Positions 11,081 to 24,028 of a DNA stretch of 64,000 nucleotides are shown piece by piece (the stretch's first letter is position 1; each line of letters starts with the position of its first letter). This stretch comes from Camelus dromedarius (lineage: Eukaryota), in NCBI RefSeq assembly GCF_036321535.1, contig NC_087447.1:52330001-52394000 (forward strand), written 5' to 3'. Below the pieces are notes generated by a model that was not told where the DNA came from, ran no database searches, and saw only the letters and a list, made by a program, of their open reading frames with translations. Both the position numbers and the translations under genes were made by a program.

Positions 11081-14000
11081 GCCCTGGACATGCTACATAG
11101 TCTCTTTGAGCCTCAGTTTTCTCATCTGTAAAATGGGGGAAAGGGTTTATTAAGGGAATCACAGAGGTACAGTGATATAAATGAAGCAATCAATGGGAAG
11201 GAAATATTTCTGAAGGTCACAGCTTACAAAGTATTCCACTTCATTTGTTCCCCTCAAGTCTCCTGTATTTCACAGAGGAGACTGAGAGTCAGTGAGTACA
11301 GGGTCCAAACCAAGGCGGGTATGATATTCCAAAGGCTGTGCTCTTCCTTAACTCAGGAGACAGCTTTCTGGAAATCATCAAGCACAATCAAGTCTGAGGC
11401 ACTATCAGTGTTATGGCTATTTTTAATGGAAGAAGCACCTGCTTTTTAGGTAACCCCATCTTTTATGCCAACCAGTTGTAAAGCAAATCTGGTGGGAGTG
11501 AGGTTGGGAAGCACGAGGAGGGAAAGAGAAACAGAAACCCATCTGAGCAGATGGCTTCCTTCCTACAAACTGCTATTTTCAGGATGAAGTCCACACAGGG
11601 TCTACCAAGCCCTTCAGAATTTGATCCATGCCTGTCTTTCCAGCATTGTCTCTCATCAGCTCCCTCTCTCTACCCCCCTACCCCACCTCCTCCCAGCCAC
11701 CCCTTTCCCCCAGAGGCCAAGAGATCTGCTGGGGCCACAGAGTGGCTGAAATTTCAACTCCAATGAAGATGGTCCCCAGGAAGCCACAGAATGTAGATGT
11801 GCCATGCTGTGGTCCTGGACCAGAAGAGAGCTGACAGGGATGCCCCTTGATGGGAGGGGAGAGAACCTGGGAGCCAGGTGAACAGGCAGAGGGTCCCACT
11901 CAGATAACAGACAGCCTTGGTTCAGGGAGAAGGTGAGCATATGCTGGGTCATTTGTGTTGTCCAGCTGTCCCCAGGTAGCACTTTAATGGAGACATTTGG
12001 AAACTGAGAGAGAAGCCAGCAGCAGAAGAGGCCTCTTGGGCTGATGGAGTGCCCTCCCTTCTCTTGGCCTTTCAGGCTGCTGGCTGCAGTCCAGGGCACT
12101 ACTGCCCAAAGGCTATCAGGAGGCCAGCAAAGAAGGGGCACCTAATCTTGCTCTTGGCCCCTCACTAGGCATTAACCTTCCCACGGCATTTCACCTAACT
12201 GATGTTAAGAGCTGCTGGCATGTATATGAGCACATACTTGTATACTGTCCCAGCCTGAACTTTTCTGATGCTCACAACAGCCCCTAGAGGACAGTATTAT
12301 TATCATTCTCATTTTATAGATGAGGAAGCTGAGGCTTGCAAAATTAGAGAGTGGTTCTTATTAATCTATAGCCTGAATTCTATCTCTCAAACCATGCTGA
12401 CACCTGCTCGATCATCTGGTTCCATGGCCAAAGGCAGGAAGAAGACCCTCAGCGAAGATGCAAGCATCTGAGGCCTAGGTCAGGACAGGTTGGCCTGCAA
12501 GCCTACGGATACCTGTTTGTGACTAACTGGGGACGCCAGGCTCCAGCTTGATAACTGTTTGGAAGCACTGCCAAGAGCCCTGGAATGATGACATTTTTAG
12601 TACAAGCCTCTAAAAGGAAATTCTCCTATGTGGGTAAGGAGTGTCCTGGTCTAAATCCATTCTACTTTTTGAAGCTCAGCTCAATTGCCACCCCATCCTG
12701 AAAGCTTCCTTGATCTACGCCCCCCCGCCATGTTCTTTTTCCCTCCATTGAATGCTAGTAACAGGTAACGTGGACCACTCACCTTTTCCTTCTCCCCAAG
12801 AGCTTGCATGCTTATATCCCCATTTTGCCTCCTCTAGCAGGTACAAAAACCCCTGTCCCCTCTGTGCTGTGATCACAGGTCCTAGAACCAAGCAGATACT
12901 TGGTCTAGGTTTACTGAGCGAATGGCTCATGTGAGTGGCCTGGGCAGTCTGTCCAGGAGGCAAGCTGATGGGAGTATTCTGTATGCAAAATATCATCACA
13001 GACCACTGGGCTCCCAAGGCCACGGGCTCAGAGCAGCCCTTTACTTACTCGCCTGTAGCCAGAGTTCCAAGCGCTTCAGCTGGGCTCTTTGTTTTTCCTT
13101 CCATTCTGAGAACACTAGGAAAGGGGACTTTTATGTCTCCCAGGTTCCCTAGGGGAAAGCTCTGTATTTTGGGGCTCAGCAGTGGGGACTCAATCACAGC
13201 CCCAAAAAAGTCATGACCTTCCCAGGACCATGTTTTCTCTGGTCTGAATGGAGTCTCATCTCTGCGCCACTGACCAGGAGTGAAGACAGATGGGAGAGAC
13301 TATAAAGAGGCCTTCTTTTCTCCTCTTATTCTCCCCAATTTATACCCCCATCTATGGAGGGAACTCAGAACCAATTCACTCATTCAGCATGTACTGAATC
13401 CCCTTTCTGTGCCAGGACCTGTAAACTGGGTGTTGGGAATACAATGGTGAATGAGATAGAGTTGGCCTAAGAGAACTCTTTTCTGGTTTCTCCTCACTGG
13501 CTGGGTGGTCTTTTATAATTCATGTCACCTTCCTGGTCCTTGTTCTGTGCACCTGTGAAAGGTGCACATATTCCTACATCACCACTTTCTGGAAATGAAA
13601 AGCGATGTCCTTTGTTCAAGTGTCAAGTACACAGTGGGCCTCTACTGGGTCCTGAGAGGAAGGGCCTGTGTGCCACTCATCCCATATCTTCTGTCAATAT
13701 TTACGGAATGCGGGGAGGGGACAGCAAATCAGGCAGGTGGACCTCTTGTCCGCGTAAGTAATGGCTTTTCTCCTGCTACCCAGGAGTAAGCTTGGGAACG
13801 TCTGCAAAGCTGTGCTCTAATTCCAATTCACACCCTCTTCTCGCAGATACAGCCACCAAGTATGTCTCTGAATCAAGCCCAGATAGGAGTCATTTTTATT
13901 GTTATGTTGCAAGCCTCTGTCAGTAAAGGCCACTTACTTATCTGAGTTTTGCAAGAAGCCTGGTTTTCCAGGAAGGTTTGTTTTGTTTGTTTGTTTTTTC

Positions 14001-14149
14001 ACTTCCTACAAGCTCTCACATCTATTTACAGTTGCTGGTTCCCTCCCAACACTTCAGACATTTTTCATGTTATATACACAAAAATCTAGAAGCCTCTAGG
14101 CTGCATCTTCCTGAACTGAGGTCATAGTTGAGGTTCTTTAGAGCACTGG

Positions 14150-14385
14150 GTGGAGCAGTAGGCAATAGAAAGAGACTAGGCTTTGATGTCAGACAGCCTC
14201 GGGTTCACGGTTTGGCTCTGCCACTTATAAACTTTGTTACCTTGATCAAGACACTTAATCTCTCTGGAGCTTCATTTTTCTATTCATTAAATGGAGCAAT
14301 GCCCACCTGATAGGACTGTTATGAGAAGTAAATGAGATCATGTATGTAAGGTACTTAGCACAGTGCCTGAAATACAGTAATGCTA
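14150..14385 (+). mobile_element. MIR SINE, near full length
   Basis: ggctttgatgtcagacagcctcgggttc...aaatgagatcatgtatgtaaggtacttagcacagtgcctg, followed by A17. Confidence 0.85.
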
Positions 14386-15242
14386 AAAAAAAAAAAAAAA
14401 AGTGACCATTAATTCCATGGTCATGATAAAGCAATGATGAATGGGTAAGTTGTAAAGTGCTAAATTGTCACCATGACAATCAGCACTACAGCATTTACAA
14501 CAGGGGTGCCAAAGCAAAAAGCCTTGAGAGAGAAAGAGCAGGAAAACATCTGGCAGAAATGTGGCACTTTTGTTACAACTGAATCCCATTCTGGACAACC
14601 TTCTGGCTTCCAGGAGCCCTGGTCTCGGGAAGCTGCCTGGAGCTCAACATGCAGATCAGAAGCAATGAGAGTGCCTGCAGCCTGACACGCAGAACCAAAG
14701 GGGACACATGGGGTCTCCATGTCTTCAAAGATGTGGGCCCCTTTCTGCATTAGGTAAACATCTCAGAGTAAGTCAGGTGCCGCTCTGTCCTGGGTTCAAG
14801 GTGCTCCCTAAGGAGAGGGCCCCTGAGGTTGTTCAATCAACCGGCAATATTATACTGTTGTGTGCAGGGACTTGACAAGTTTTAAGATGAGGATGAGCCC
14901 CAGCCTTGACAAACAGCTGGTGTTTGGGGGACAGATGTAAAAGGAGGTACCAGAGCAGAGCTCAGGAGTCTCCCAGACCTAGGTTCTGACTTGGCTTTGT
15001 CTCTGACAAGCTACATGATTTGGGGCAAGTCACTTAAGTTCTCTGAGTCTCTAATTCCTCACGTATAAAATGAGTTTGTAATAGTAACATAACAAAAGGA
15101 AGAGAAGGAGGGCTACCATATATTGAATACACAGAGATCCAGAGACGAAACAAATACAGATCCTGACTTAAAGCTGCTCACAGTTTAGTAAAAATAACAG
15201 ACATAACAGACACTATGCAAAATGGTAACTGTCATGAAATGG

Positions 15243-15480
15243 TAATAGTTAATATTTATTGAGTACATGCTATGTGGCTGCCTCTAAGTGCTTTACTTAT
15301 TTAATCCTTATGACACCTCTCATAAAGAAGGTACTCTTATGACTCCCACTTTGCAGATGAGGAAACTAAGGCACAGCAAGGCTAAGTAGTTTGCCCAAGT
15401 TTACTGAACCAATGAGCGATGGAGCCAGAATCTGACCCCAGGCAGCCTGGCTCCAGAGCCCATACTCCTAACCACTCTGC
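15243..15480 (-). mobile_element. MIR SINE, near full length
   Basis: aatatttattgagtac...ttgcagatgaggaaactaaggcacag...gcctggctccagagcccatactcctaaccact. Confidence 0.85.
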
Positions 15481-15736
15481 TTCACACATACGGTATGAGT
15501 CGACATGGGGAAGCGGCCTATGATGGATGGTGCACACCACAGTGAGTGTCCACAAGCACTGGCTACTGGAATCCTTGTTAGCTATACACTGCAGCCCACT
15601 GGCACTCCATGGAGAACAGAGGGGGCTGCCAGCCTGACTGTCAGGGGTGGGGAAGGGTTCATGACAAGTGACATGTGCTCTGTGTCTAAAGAGTATTCTG
15701 GGCAGAGGACAATGCATGTGTGAAGGTTCAGAGCCT

Positions 15737-15758
15737 GAGAGAGAGAGAGAGAGAGAGA
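15737..15758. repeat. (GA)n microsatellite
   Basis: About 11 GA units. Confidence 0.9.
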
Positions 15759-17399
15759 AAAAGAGGGGCTGCGAGGCCAACTGGGGCACTTCTCCAAGTA
15801 GTGCGGGGTGGCTGTGACGGGGCAGTGGCAGGAAGCCGGTGGAGACACTGGGAGCAGGCCTAGGTGGTGGTTGTCTGGAAGTGCCAAACAAAAGAACTTG
15901 ATCTTTATTGGGAGAGTGGGGGGGGGGGGTGCCCTGATGGGCTCTGAGCAGAGGAGAACCATGCTTACACTAGTGTTTGGGACAGATATCCATCCAGGGG
16001 CCTGGGGGCCATCTGGAGAATGAACCCAGCAGGGGCGGGCTATAGGCAGGATCCAGACACTGTGGGATGCTTGACTGCTAGGAAAACTCCAGTGGAGCTT
16101 GTCAGTATCCTCCTCTAAGAGAACATTCAAGGGAAAAAGGCGTACACTTCCAGCGCTTTGGCTCAGGCAAAGAATCCGAATGGGTTCTGCGATCCTGACC
16201 AGCAGTGGCTCGGAGAAAGGGTGCCAGGCTGGGAGCCTGGAGGTCTCCTGGCTGCAGAGCTAACGACGACCCAGTGTGCACGGTGGTCATTAATCGGGCC
16301 CTAAAGACTGTCAGATATGAAGGATGATGGTATTTAATTATCATAAAACACGAAAACTCCAGCTGCCAGAGAATGCCAAGAGAAAGAGTTATTTGACTTC
16401 CATTAAAATGCCATCGACCACCACTGACTCGGGATGGTGCTGGAGCGGTGTTGAGAACTGAGCTAATGACCCTTGGCCTCCACGACTAATTTAGAGAGGC
16501 CAGAAAGAAAGCTCTGTCACCACAGTCGGCAGCCGGAGCCTAATGGCCTGACTTCCAGCCTCCGTTCAGCCTCCTTCGAGCTGTATAATCCCGGACCACT
16601 TGTTTAACCTCACTGAGTTTCGTCTTCGTCACTTGTCACAAGTCTAGGAAAGCACCTCACAAACTGAAGGGTCCCAGGTAAGAGTCAGGGTGGTTGTTGT
16701 TATTATTATTATTATTATTTCCTCAGGATGAATAATAACAGTGACGTCTAAACTGGAACCGCCGGTCTGAGCATGAGGCTGGGGGCTGCATTTGTGTGCT
16801 GTTTTCTCTGCCCGTTTGTTCCCTCCCTGCACACATGCTCTCTGCTCACTTTTACTACTCTGCTGTTCATTCTCTGTCATGGCCAATGTGCAGGGATTCT
16901 AAATGTACTCAGCCTGAAACCCCAGATGGACACACAGATGGAGAGGGCCCTTAGAGGGGCGGCGGGTGGACTGGAGCTTCCTGAGGAGACTCTTTCAAGG
17001 GCTCCTGAGGGGGAGTGAAAGAGTGCCCTGAGGTCACAGGGCAGCTGCTTCTGCTCCCTTGTTCATGCAGTCGGGGCAGAACTTTGGGTGAACAATCTGA
17101 CTGTTAAAGTGCTTGTATGTGAGAAATTTGTATTGAGGGACAGTGTCTTACAAAACTAATGCAAAGCTTCATTGTAGGGTGCACTGGTTTTCCAAATAGA
17201 GGTTTCTGCAAATGCGGAAGGGGCTGTTTTCTGGTTGTTATGATGGGAAAGCACACCTGGCATTTGGCAGGAGGGGCCAGGAAAGCCAGCCGCATGCTAT
17301 GCATGAGACCCGGTGATCCTAAGTGGGTACGCCGTCTGGTCAGCGATTAGTCGGTTCATCTAGGATGGGCAAATAGCTAATACAAGATTTTATTCCCTG

Positions 17400-17660
17400 T
17401 TTGGCTCCACTCCCATCCCCAGTTTCAATCACTCTCTGTCACAGGAGGCTGACTGCTAAGGACAGCATCACCTGGGCTCCCCTGCCCCCTGGCTTCCAGA
17501 TGGCTTTGGCTAGTGATTAGCACAGCAGGTCACTGAAAGGAGGCAGGAGAGAGAGGCTGAGGTCACTCCCCTGCGCCCATCCTCTGCAGAGCTGCTTCAG
17601 GGCAGTGTCCCAGGCAGGAGCCTCATCCCTCAAGGCTACAGCAGGTAGCAGGTAGAGCGG
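17400..17660. mobile_element. ERVL LTR fragment (LTR33-like)
   Basis: ggaggctgactgctaaggacagcatcacctgggctcccctgccccctggcttccagatggctttggc...ggaggcaggagagagaggctgagg. Confidence 0.6.
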
Positions 17661-18989
17661 TCCCAGGAAGCTTCCAGGAAGAGCGAGGACTTGAACTGGG
17701 TACTGAAGTAGAGACAGGGTGGAGGTGTATAAAGGGGAGTGAGTGGGCATTCTTGGCAGGGGACTGGAACGGACAAAGGCTCACAGGCTGAGAGATACAG
17801 GCCCCTAAGGCAGCAGGACGGTGTGGAGACCTGGGTACCCAGAGCAGAGAGCTGTGAGGCGCTGAGGGGGAAGGGTTGGCGGCGAGAGAGAGAGGCTGAC
17901 GTCCACCTCCAAGAGCCTGGAGGGTAGGCTAGGAGCCTGGAGCCAGAGGGGCAGCTTTAAGGGTGTTGAGAGGGCTCACCCCAACTTCCAGCCTTTTAAA
18001 GCCAAATGTTAGAGCACTTCCAAGAGTGAACCAGAATCCCAGGCTTCATTAAAATGCATATCCAGCAATCACTGCTCTCCTAGGGTGGGGCCGGGTGAGG
18101 GGCACCCTGCTGCTGTGACTGGACAGTTGAGGGAACTGCAGTGTCAGGGTCCCTGTTAGAGGTGGAATCAGCATTACTCTCCCTTCCCAGGGTCATGGTA
18201 ATTTACAGGCAAACCAAGCTAAGAGCATCAGAAGTGATCTAAGTGTGTATATGAATAATTTGGCAGGGCCACCTTCTGAACCTGAAAGAACTATCAACAA
18301 ACATTTGCCCAAACTTCATTCTTGCACTTGTCCCTATCAGCTAATAATTGCTGTGTGACCTTGGGCAAGGCATTTAACCTATCTGAGCTCCAGTTTCCCC
18401 AACTAACACACAGGAGGAAGAGGTGGTGTCTCCTCCTCCAATTCTAAAATCAAGGCTGTATCATTCTTGGCAGATGAACCTGGGATATTTGTGAATGAAC
18501 ATCTGCTTGCAAAACATGTGCATAGAGAATTATGCACTGGACTGTGCTGTGTCACTGGGCACCAAAGAATGCAGAAAGATGAACTGGGAGGAAGAGAAAT
18601 ATGGTTCTTCTTTCCTCCCTTCCTCTCTCCCTTCCTGCTTCCCTGCTTTCATTCCTTTCACAAAGGTCACTCCCCATAGAGCCAGAGACCCAGAGATGGA
18701 TTAGACAAAGTCCCCTGCCTATAAAATGTGAACAGACTGCTCAGAAAAGGTTGGCTGCAGCCACAGGGTTTTACTAGGTACATGGCTTTTCCCCAGCTTA
18801 AAGTTCACCTCAGGGCAGAACTTGTCCTGGGAAAGCTTTCTGCTTGTCAAGTAACTTTTCCTTCCTTCCACTGTCACCTTCCTGCCCTTTTCAGAAATGG
18901 TCTGACCCATGAACTGTTAGGTCAAGTCCCAAATCAACAAGGAAACTTATCTATCAATAGGAGTGTGTGTGTGTTGAGTGTAGAAGGTG

Positions 18990-19850
18990 GAATTCAGTTC
19001 AGCAGGAGTCTGCAGTAGGCTAGAACAGATTAAGAAGCTCATGGAAATGTAGTGGGCTGTATTCATAGAGGTAGAGCGCTAAGAATGAGGGAGGTGATGG
19101 TCAGGTTGTGCTGATGAGAGGAGAAGCATGTAGACTGGACATCATGCCAGCACTGTATGGGCTGACCCTCCCCTGGGGTCTCTGGAGCTAGTCAGGATGG
19201 TAAGGGGTTTAGAAACCATGTTCCTCTAGGGGTAAGCAAAGGACCGATGTTGTTAGCTAGGAAAGAAGACAGGGTAGGGGAAGGGCTTAAAGAAGGAGTG
19301 TGTGTCTAGGAGTCCAACTGAAACACCACATGTCTTATGATTAGCTTTCCAGGTCTCGTCACTTAAGCCATGCATAGCTGGGAAATTAAACACCCACTTA
19401 CATGGAATAGTAGAGCCCCGGACTGAAGAACTGTTCCCAGCTTTGCCATTAACTCATGCTATGACTTTAGGAAAATCCCTTCCCTTCTCTGGACCTCAGT
19501 CTGTGTGTCTCAAATACGAGTTTCCTTCATTTTTATACATGATCTCCTGAGGTTCCTTCCAGCCTCTGACAGTCTGATTCCTTGTGGCTTCCCTTGTCCT
19601 CCCAGACAATTTCCTGGAAAGAAGGAATTTCCTGGGCAGAGCACGACTGCTGACTTCAAATAGCCAAAGGGTGGAGGAAGGGGCAAATCTACTCCACAGG
19701 GCTTCAGGAGGAAGATTCAGGGCCAAGGCCAGGAAGGTACCTGGAAGCACCAGCAGTTCAAAGTCAGGACACCCTTCTTTCCAAGCTTCACAATGGGCTA
19801 CCTCTCAAAACGGTGAGCTCCCTGTCAATGAAGCAGTTTTAAATAACTAG
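18990..19850 (+). mobile_element. L3/CR1 LINE fragments interrupted by a MIR3-like SINE (~19400-19580)
   Basis: gggctgtattcatagaggtagag...ggatggtaaggggtttagaaaccatg...aatgggctacctctcaaaacggtgagctccctgtcaatgaag, resembling the L3 3' region. Confidence 0.6.
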
Positions 19851-19854
19851 CCTC

Positions 19855-20720
19855 AAACTATTCCCTGAACTTCCAGCCTCTGCCACGCTAATGAGATATG
19901 TAGAGAGCTCAACTGAATGCCTCCCTGCTTCCCATCCCCTACCCGTTCCCTCTCTTTGCCCCTGATCTCAGCATCACTAGCTGCTGCCAGCACCACCTGC
20001 CCCATCAATCAAACCAGGCGGCTGGGAATCTCCATTGCCTTCTCCCTCTTTTTCAGGTTCCACAACTTAGCAATGGTTACTGAGTGCTCTGGCTTCCCCT
20101 TCCACATCTCCGTGGAAGTCTCACCGCTCGCACTGTCACTCCCTCAACTCAAGCTTTCATCGGTAGATAACTAGGCCAGGGCCACAGACAACACTCGGGT
20201 CCCAGCCCACAGGCTCACCCCGCTTCTAGTTCACTTGACATCCATCAGTGTCAAGAAGTGAGCTTCCTAAAAGAAAACGGTCATGTCGCTCCCCTGCCGT
20301 CAGTGGCTCCCCACTACCCATAGGACAAGACCCTCGCCATCTGACCTGAGCCCAGCACTCCAGGGCTGCACCTACAGCTCTCCGCTCCCCTCTTTAGGAA
20401 GGTTCCAAGGTTAAAAAGACTAATTATAAACTGCTTATGAAATAGCTCACTGCTTGTCTCACAATCACCGCTTTGCACGTGCTCTTTCCTTCTGCACTAA
20501 AGGCATGACCTGGTTAACTCAGATTAGAAATTCCCTTCTCTTAGAACCCGTCCATGACCACTTCTTACACCACCCTCCCACGTGGGTTCGAAGCCTCTCT
20601 TCTGGGCTCTTCTAGACCCCATGGCTCACTCTGAATTACGATCACTTGTTTGCACATCTGTCTTTTCTTCCAGACGGTACACTTCAAGGGTGGAGGTCTT
20701 ATCTTAATACATCACAGGCT
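19855..20720 (+). mobile_element. LINE L2 fragment (pyrimidine-rich ORF2/3' region)
   Basis: ctattccctgaacttccagcc...tcatgtcgctcccctgccgtcagtggctccccactaccc...ttgcacgtgctctttccttctgc. Confidence 0.6.
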
Positions 20721-22994
20721 GTGAGTCTAGAAGCATGACTCCTTTCTCTGGGGTATTTGGCAGGCTGTCTCACCCAGGTGCTGCCACTGGCTCTCAGGGG
20801 CCATGAGGAAGTTTGGGCTCTCTGGGCACCCTGATCTTTCTCTCTTTAAACTTGACCTGATGCTCTCCAAACTGCACAATTGAGACAGCAGATCACTGAG
20901 GTGGGCATAAACTCTTTTTATATTTTTATCAACAGTTGAAGAGGCCATAAAAGGAAATCAAGGCAATGACTCTCAAGGATCCTACAGGGAGGAGCCTATT
21001 TTGTTGAAACAGACATCAGCACTGAAGGTCAGGGCAGTTTATCAGGTGGCTTTCCTTTCTCTACCCTCGACCCAGCCCCATTGCTTGGGCTCTGCAGGAG
21101 GCTAAAAACCAGCAGAGGGAGAGGTGAATTCTCATCCGTCACACCCACAGCTTTCCCTCTTTTTTATATCCATCAGTAGTTTGGAAGAAACTGCTTTCTC
21201 CCGGAAGAGATGCTGACATGCCAAGATGAAGCGACAGGTTGCTAGAATTACTGCATGTGGTTAAATGTCATGTCTTAGGCTCAAGATGCCTTGGGTTCAA
21301 ACCCACTTTCCCTACTTACACCCTGGGCCACACTACGAATCTTTTCTGGACCCCAGTTTGATGCCACCGTGGCCAGGAAGGAGAGTGCAAAGTCAGAGAA
21401 CATTGAGTTTGAAACCAGGTTTCACCACTTAACAGCTCTATGGCTTTGGGTGAGTTTTTAGCCTCTGAAAGTCTTGATTTCTCCTTCTGTAAAATGGGGA
21501 TAATAGAACTATCTGCTTCTTAGTCTTGTTTCAGGGGTTTAGTGAGACTGTCCGTCCATGTAGGGGCCTTAGCACAGTGACTGGCAGACAGAAGTACTCA
21601 GCTGAGGTGAACTATGAATTCCCTCTCATAGCACCTTAGAATCCCATTGAATTACAACCCCATTAGGCTGTGAAGTCTGCAAGGGCAGAGCTCGAATCTG
21701 TCTTTTCACTGAGGGCTTGGTATTCCCAGTACCTTCAGTCGACTTCTCTCTAGAGGCTACTAAGCTGTCAGTAAATGTGTGCTGAATGAAATGAAATTAA
21801 GCCCTTGTCCATGCAGGGTCTTCAGGTCTGGGCACCAGGAGGCTGTCAGCGGGAGGAGAGTGAGTATCTAGTGACATGTGACGATAAGCCAAGCTCTCAG
21901 GAAGGTTTCCTTACTTCATCAGAGCAACACTAAAGGTAGGTCTTAATTTCTCCATTTTATAGACAAGCAAACTGAGCCTCATAAACCTGCTGTGCCTTTG
22001 CCCATGACTTTTTCTAATGGGAGATCTCAGGCCTCAGTGTTCAGGGCAACTTTATGAAACATGACGTCTTGATTTACAGAAACCTGCCCAAAGTCACATC
22101 ACTAGGAAATGATAAAAAGCCAAGATCCCAGCAAAGATCTCTCTGTCCTGTCTACTCCAGGGGGCATCAAGCCTCCTAGAGGCAAAAGAAGGAGAAAAAA
22201 TAAATTCAGAAGTACGTGAGCTCTACGTATTGAATAATTTATTAAACGCAAAACCTCTCGCATGTTTTTGTTTTGAATGAACAACAATCATGTCAATAGT
22301 TACATGGATGAGGTGTTTTGGGGACCCCAAAGGTTTTACTGTTTGATGACACACCAGAAGAACAATCTTACGAGGTAGGTGTTATCATCCTTTTACACAC
22401 GGGGAAACTGAGGCTCTGCCAGGCTAAGAGGTTTGCCTGGTGGCAGAGCTGGTAAGCAGGGACTCCAAGCCCAGTGCCCTCCCAGCCCCTAGAAGCTGCA
22501 TGTAAACACACACCTCGAACCTCGGCCGAAGAGCACCCACCCAACCCCAGCAAGTCACAAGGCAGAATGGGACCCCTGCCTGAGTGATTGTGACCCTCCT
22601 CCTCAGGCCATAAAAGGCCTCATTCAGGGGAAAAGGCAGAGAGCATCCAGCTAATTATACTGCAAGAGAGACACTTTCTATCATTTATGACAAGGACCAC
22701 ATGTGGCTTTTCCTTTTGATACAAGCTCAGGAGATCTTAGGCAGGTATTCCATCCATCAATGTCCATGAACCAAGTGACACCAGAAACAGATAAAAGGCA
22801 TTTGTCCTCCTGAAGTCCTCTGAGAAGTGTCCAGCTCAATGCCCAGGCCACAGAAATGTAATCATAGTACTAATACTGGCCTCAAAGTACTGTAGGCTTA
22901 TTGTGCTGCCAGCTACTCTGCTAAGCGTCCCTAACACACTTGTTTCCCATTTCCTCTCCCCAAGAGTCCTGCGAGGTAGGTGGATGAGGACACA

Positions 22995-23345
22995 AGGCAG
23001 AGTGGTAGGAGTGTGGGCTCCGGAGCCATGCAGCCTGGGTTTGAATCCTGGCTCGACCACTTCCTTGCTCTGTGGCCTTGCACAAGTTACCCAGCTCTCC
23101 TGTGCCCTACCTCCCTGACATCAAATGTGGAGCTAACACTCATGGGGTGGTTGGGAGGATTCACATAAGGTTCTAAGAGCATTCGCGGCACATAGCAAAT
23201 ACTCAGTAAATGCTAGCTGTCATTATGTCTGTTTCGCAGATGAGGAAACTGAGGCTCAGGGAGAGAATCTGCTCATGCTCTGTAGCTACTCAGTGCCAAG
23301 ACTGGAATTCAGATCTGCCTAATTCAACTCCTATGCTCTTAATGG
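22995..23345. mobile_element. Adjacent MIRs in opposite orientation (plus 22995-23225, minus 23230-23345)
   Basis: gcctgggtttgaatcctggctc...atactcagtaaatgctagct, then cagatgaggaaactgaggctcag. Confidence 0.75.
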
Positions 23346-24004
23346 CTATGGTATCCTCTCTACCCTTCATCCCATGATGCTCCATAAATGGTACTGGCGG
23401 TATTTTATTACTATTATTCATACTTGGGAATGCCTTCTGAAGTTCTTCGCCCCTGGTCAATGTCCTCCCAGGATGACCGACTCCCAGCTCCTGCCCCCTC
23501 TTCCACGGTGTCACACGCGGCTTACGGAGCAAGTCCCTGCAGCAAGGGCACAGACGGTGCTGATTTCATTTCAATGCAAAAAGTGTACAGTCTGTGGGCG
23601 CCACCTGGGCTCATTCCCCAAGTTAATCCTTTTCTCTCAGCTGTGGAATATTTTATTTTTTCAATTTCAGAATCTACTTATGTTAAAAAAGAAAGAGAGA
23701 GAAATCCAATCAGCCCAGCTCAGGTTTGCGAAACAAATAATGCAGCCGGCAGAGAACCTTAATCAAGCAGTTATATTCATAACCACTATGATCATTGCTC
23801 TGCCTAATTTCTACAGCCCAAGGCCTCCTACAGAAAATGTCTCTTGACAATACAGGATGCCATGCAGAGGCCCAGTGCCATTGCTGAAGGGGTATGGAAC
23901 TCCAGGCTGGCATCAAGCTGACTTTTGAGCAAATTTGGATTTGGAGTCACGTCCCCCAGGAATTCCTCCCACACCTGAATGTCATACTACATTTTCTGTC
24001 TTTC

Positions 24005-24028
24005 CTTTTTTTTTTTTTTTTTTTTTTT
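24005..24028. repeat. Poly(T) tract (~24 nt)
   Basis: Homopolymer run. Confidence 0.9.
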
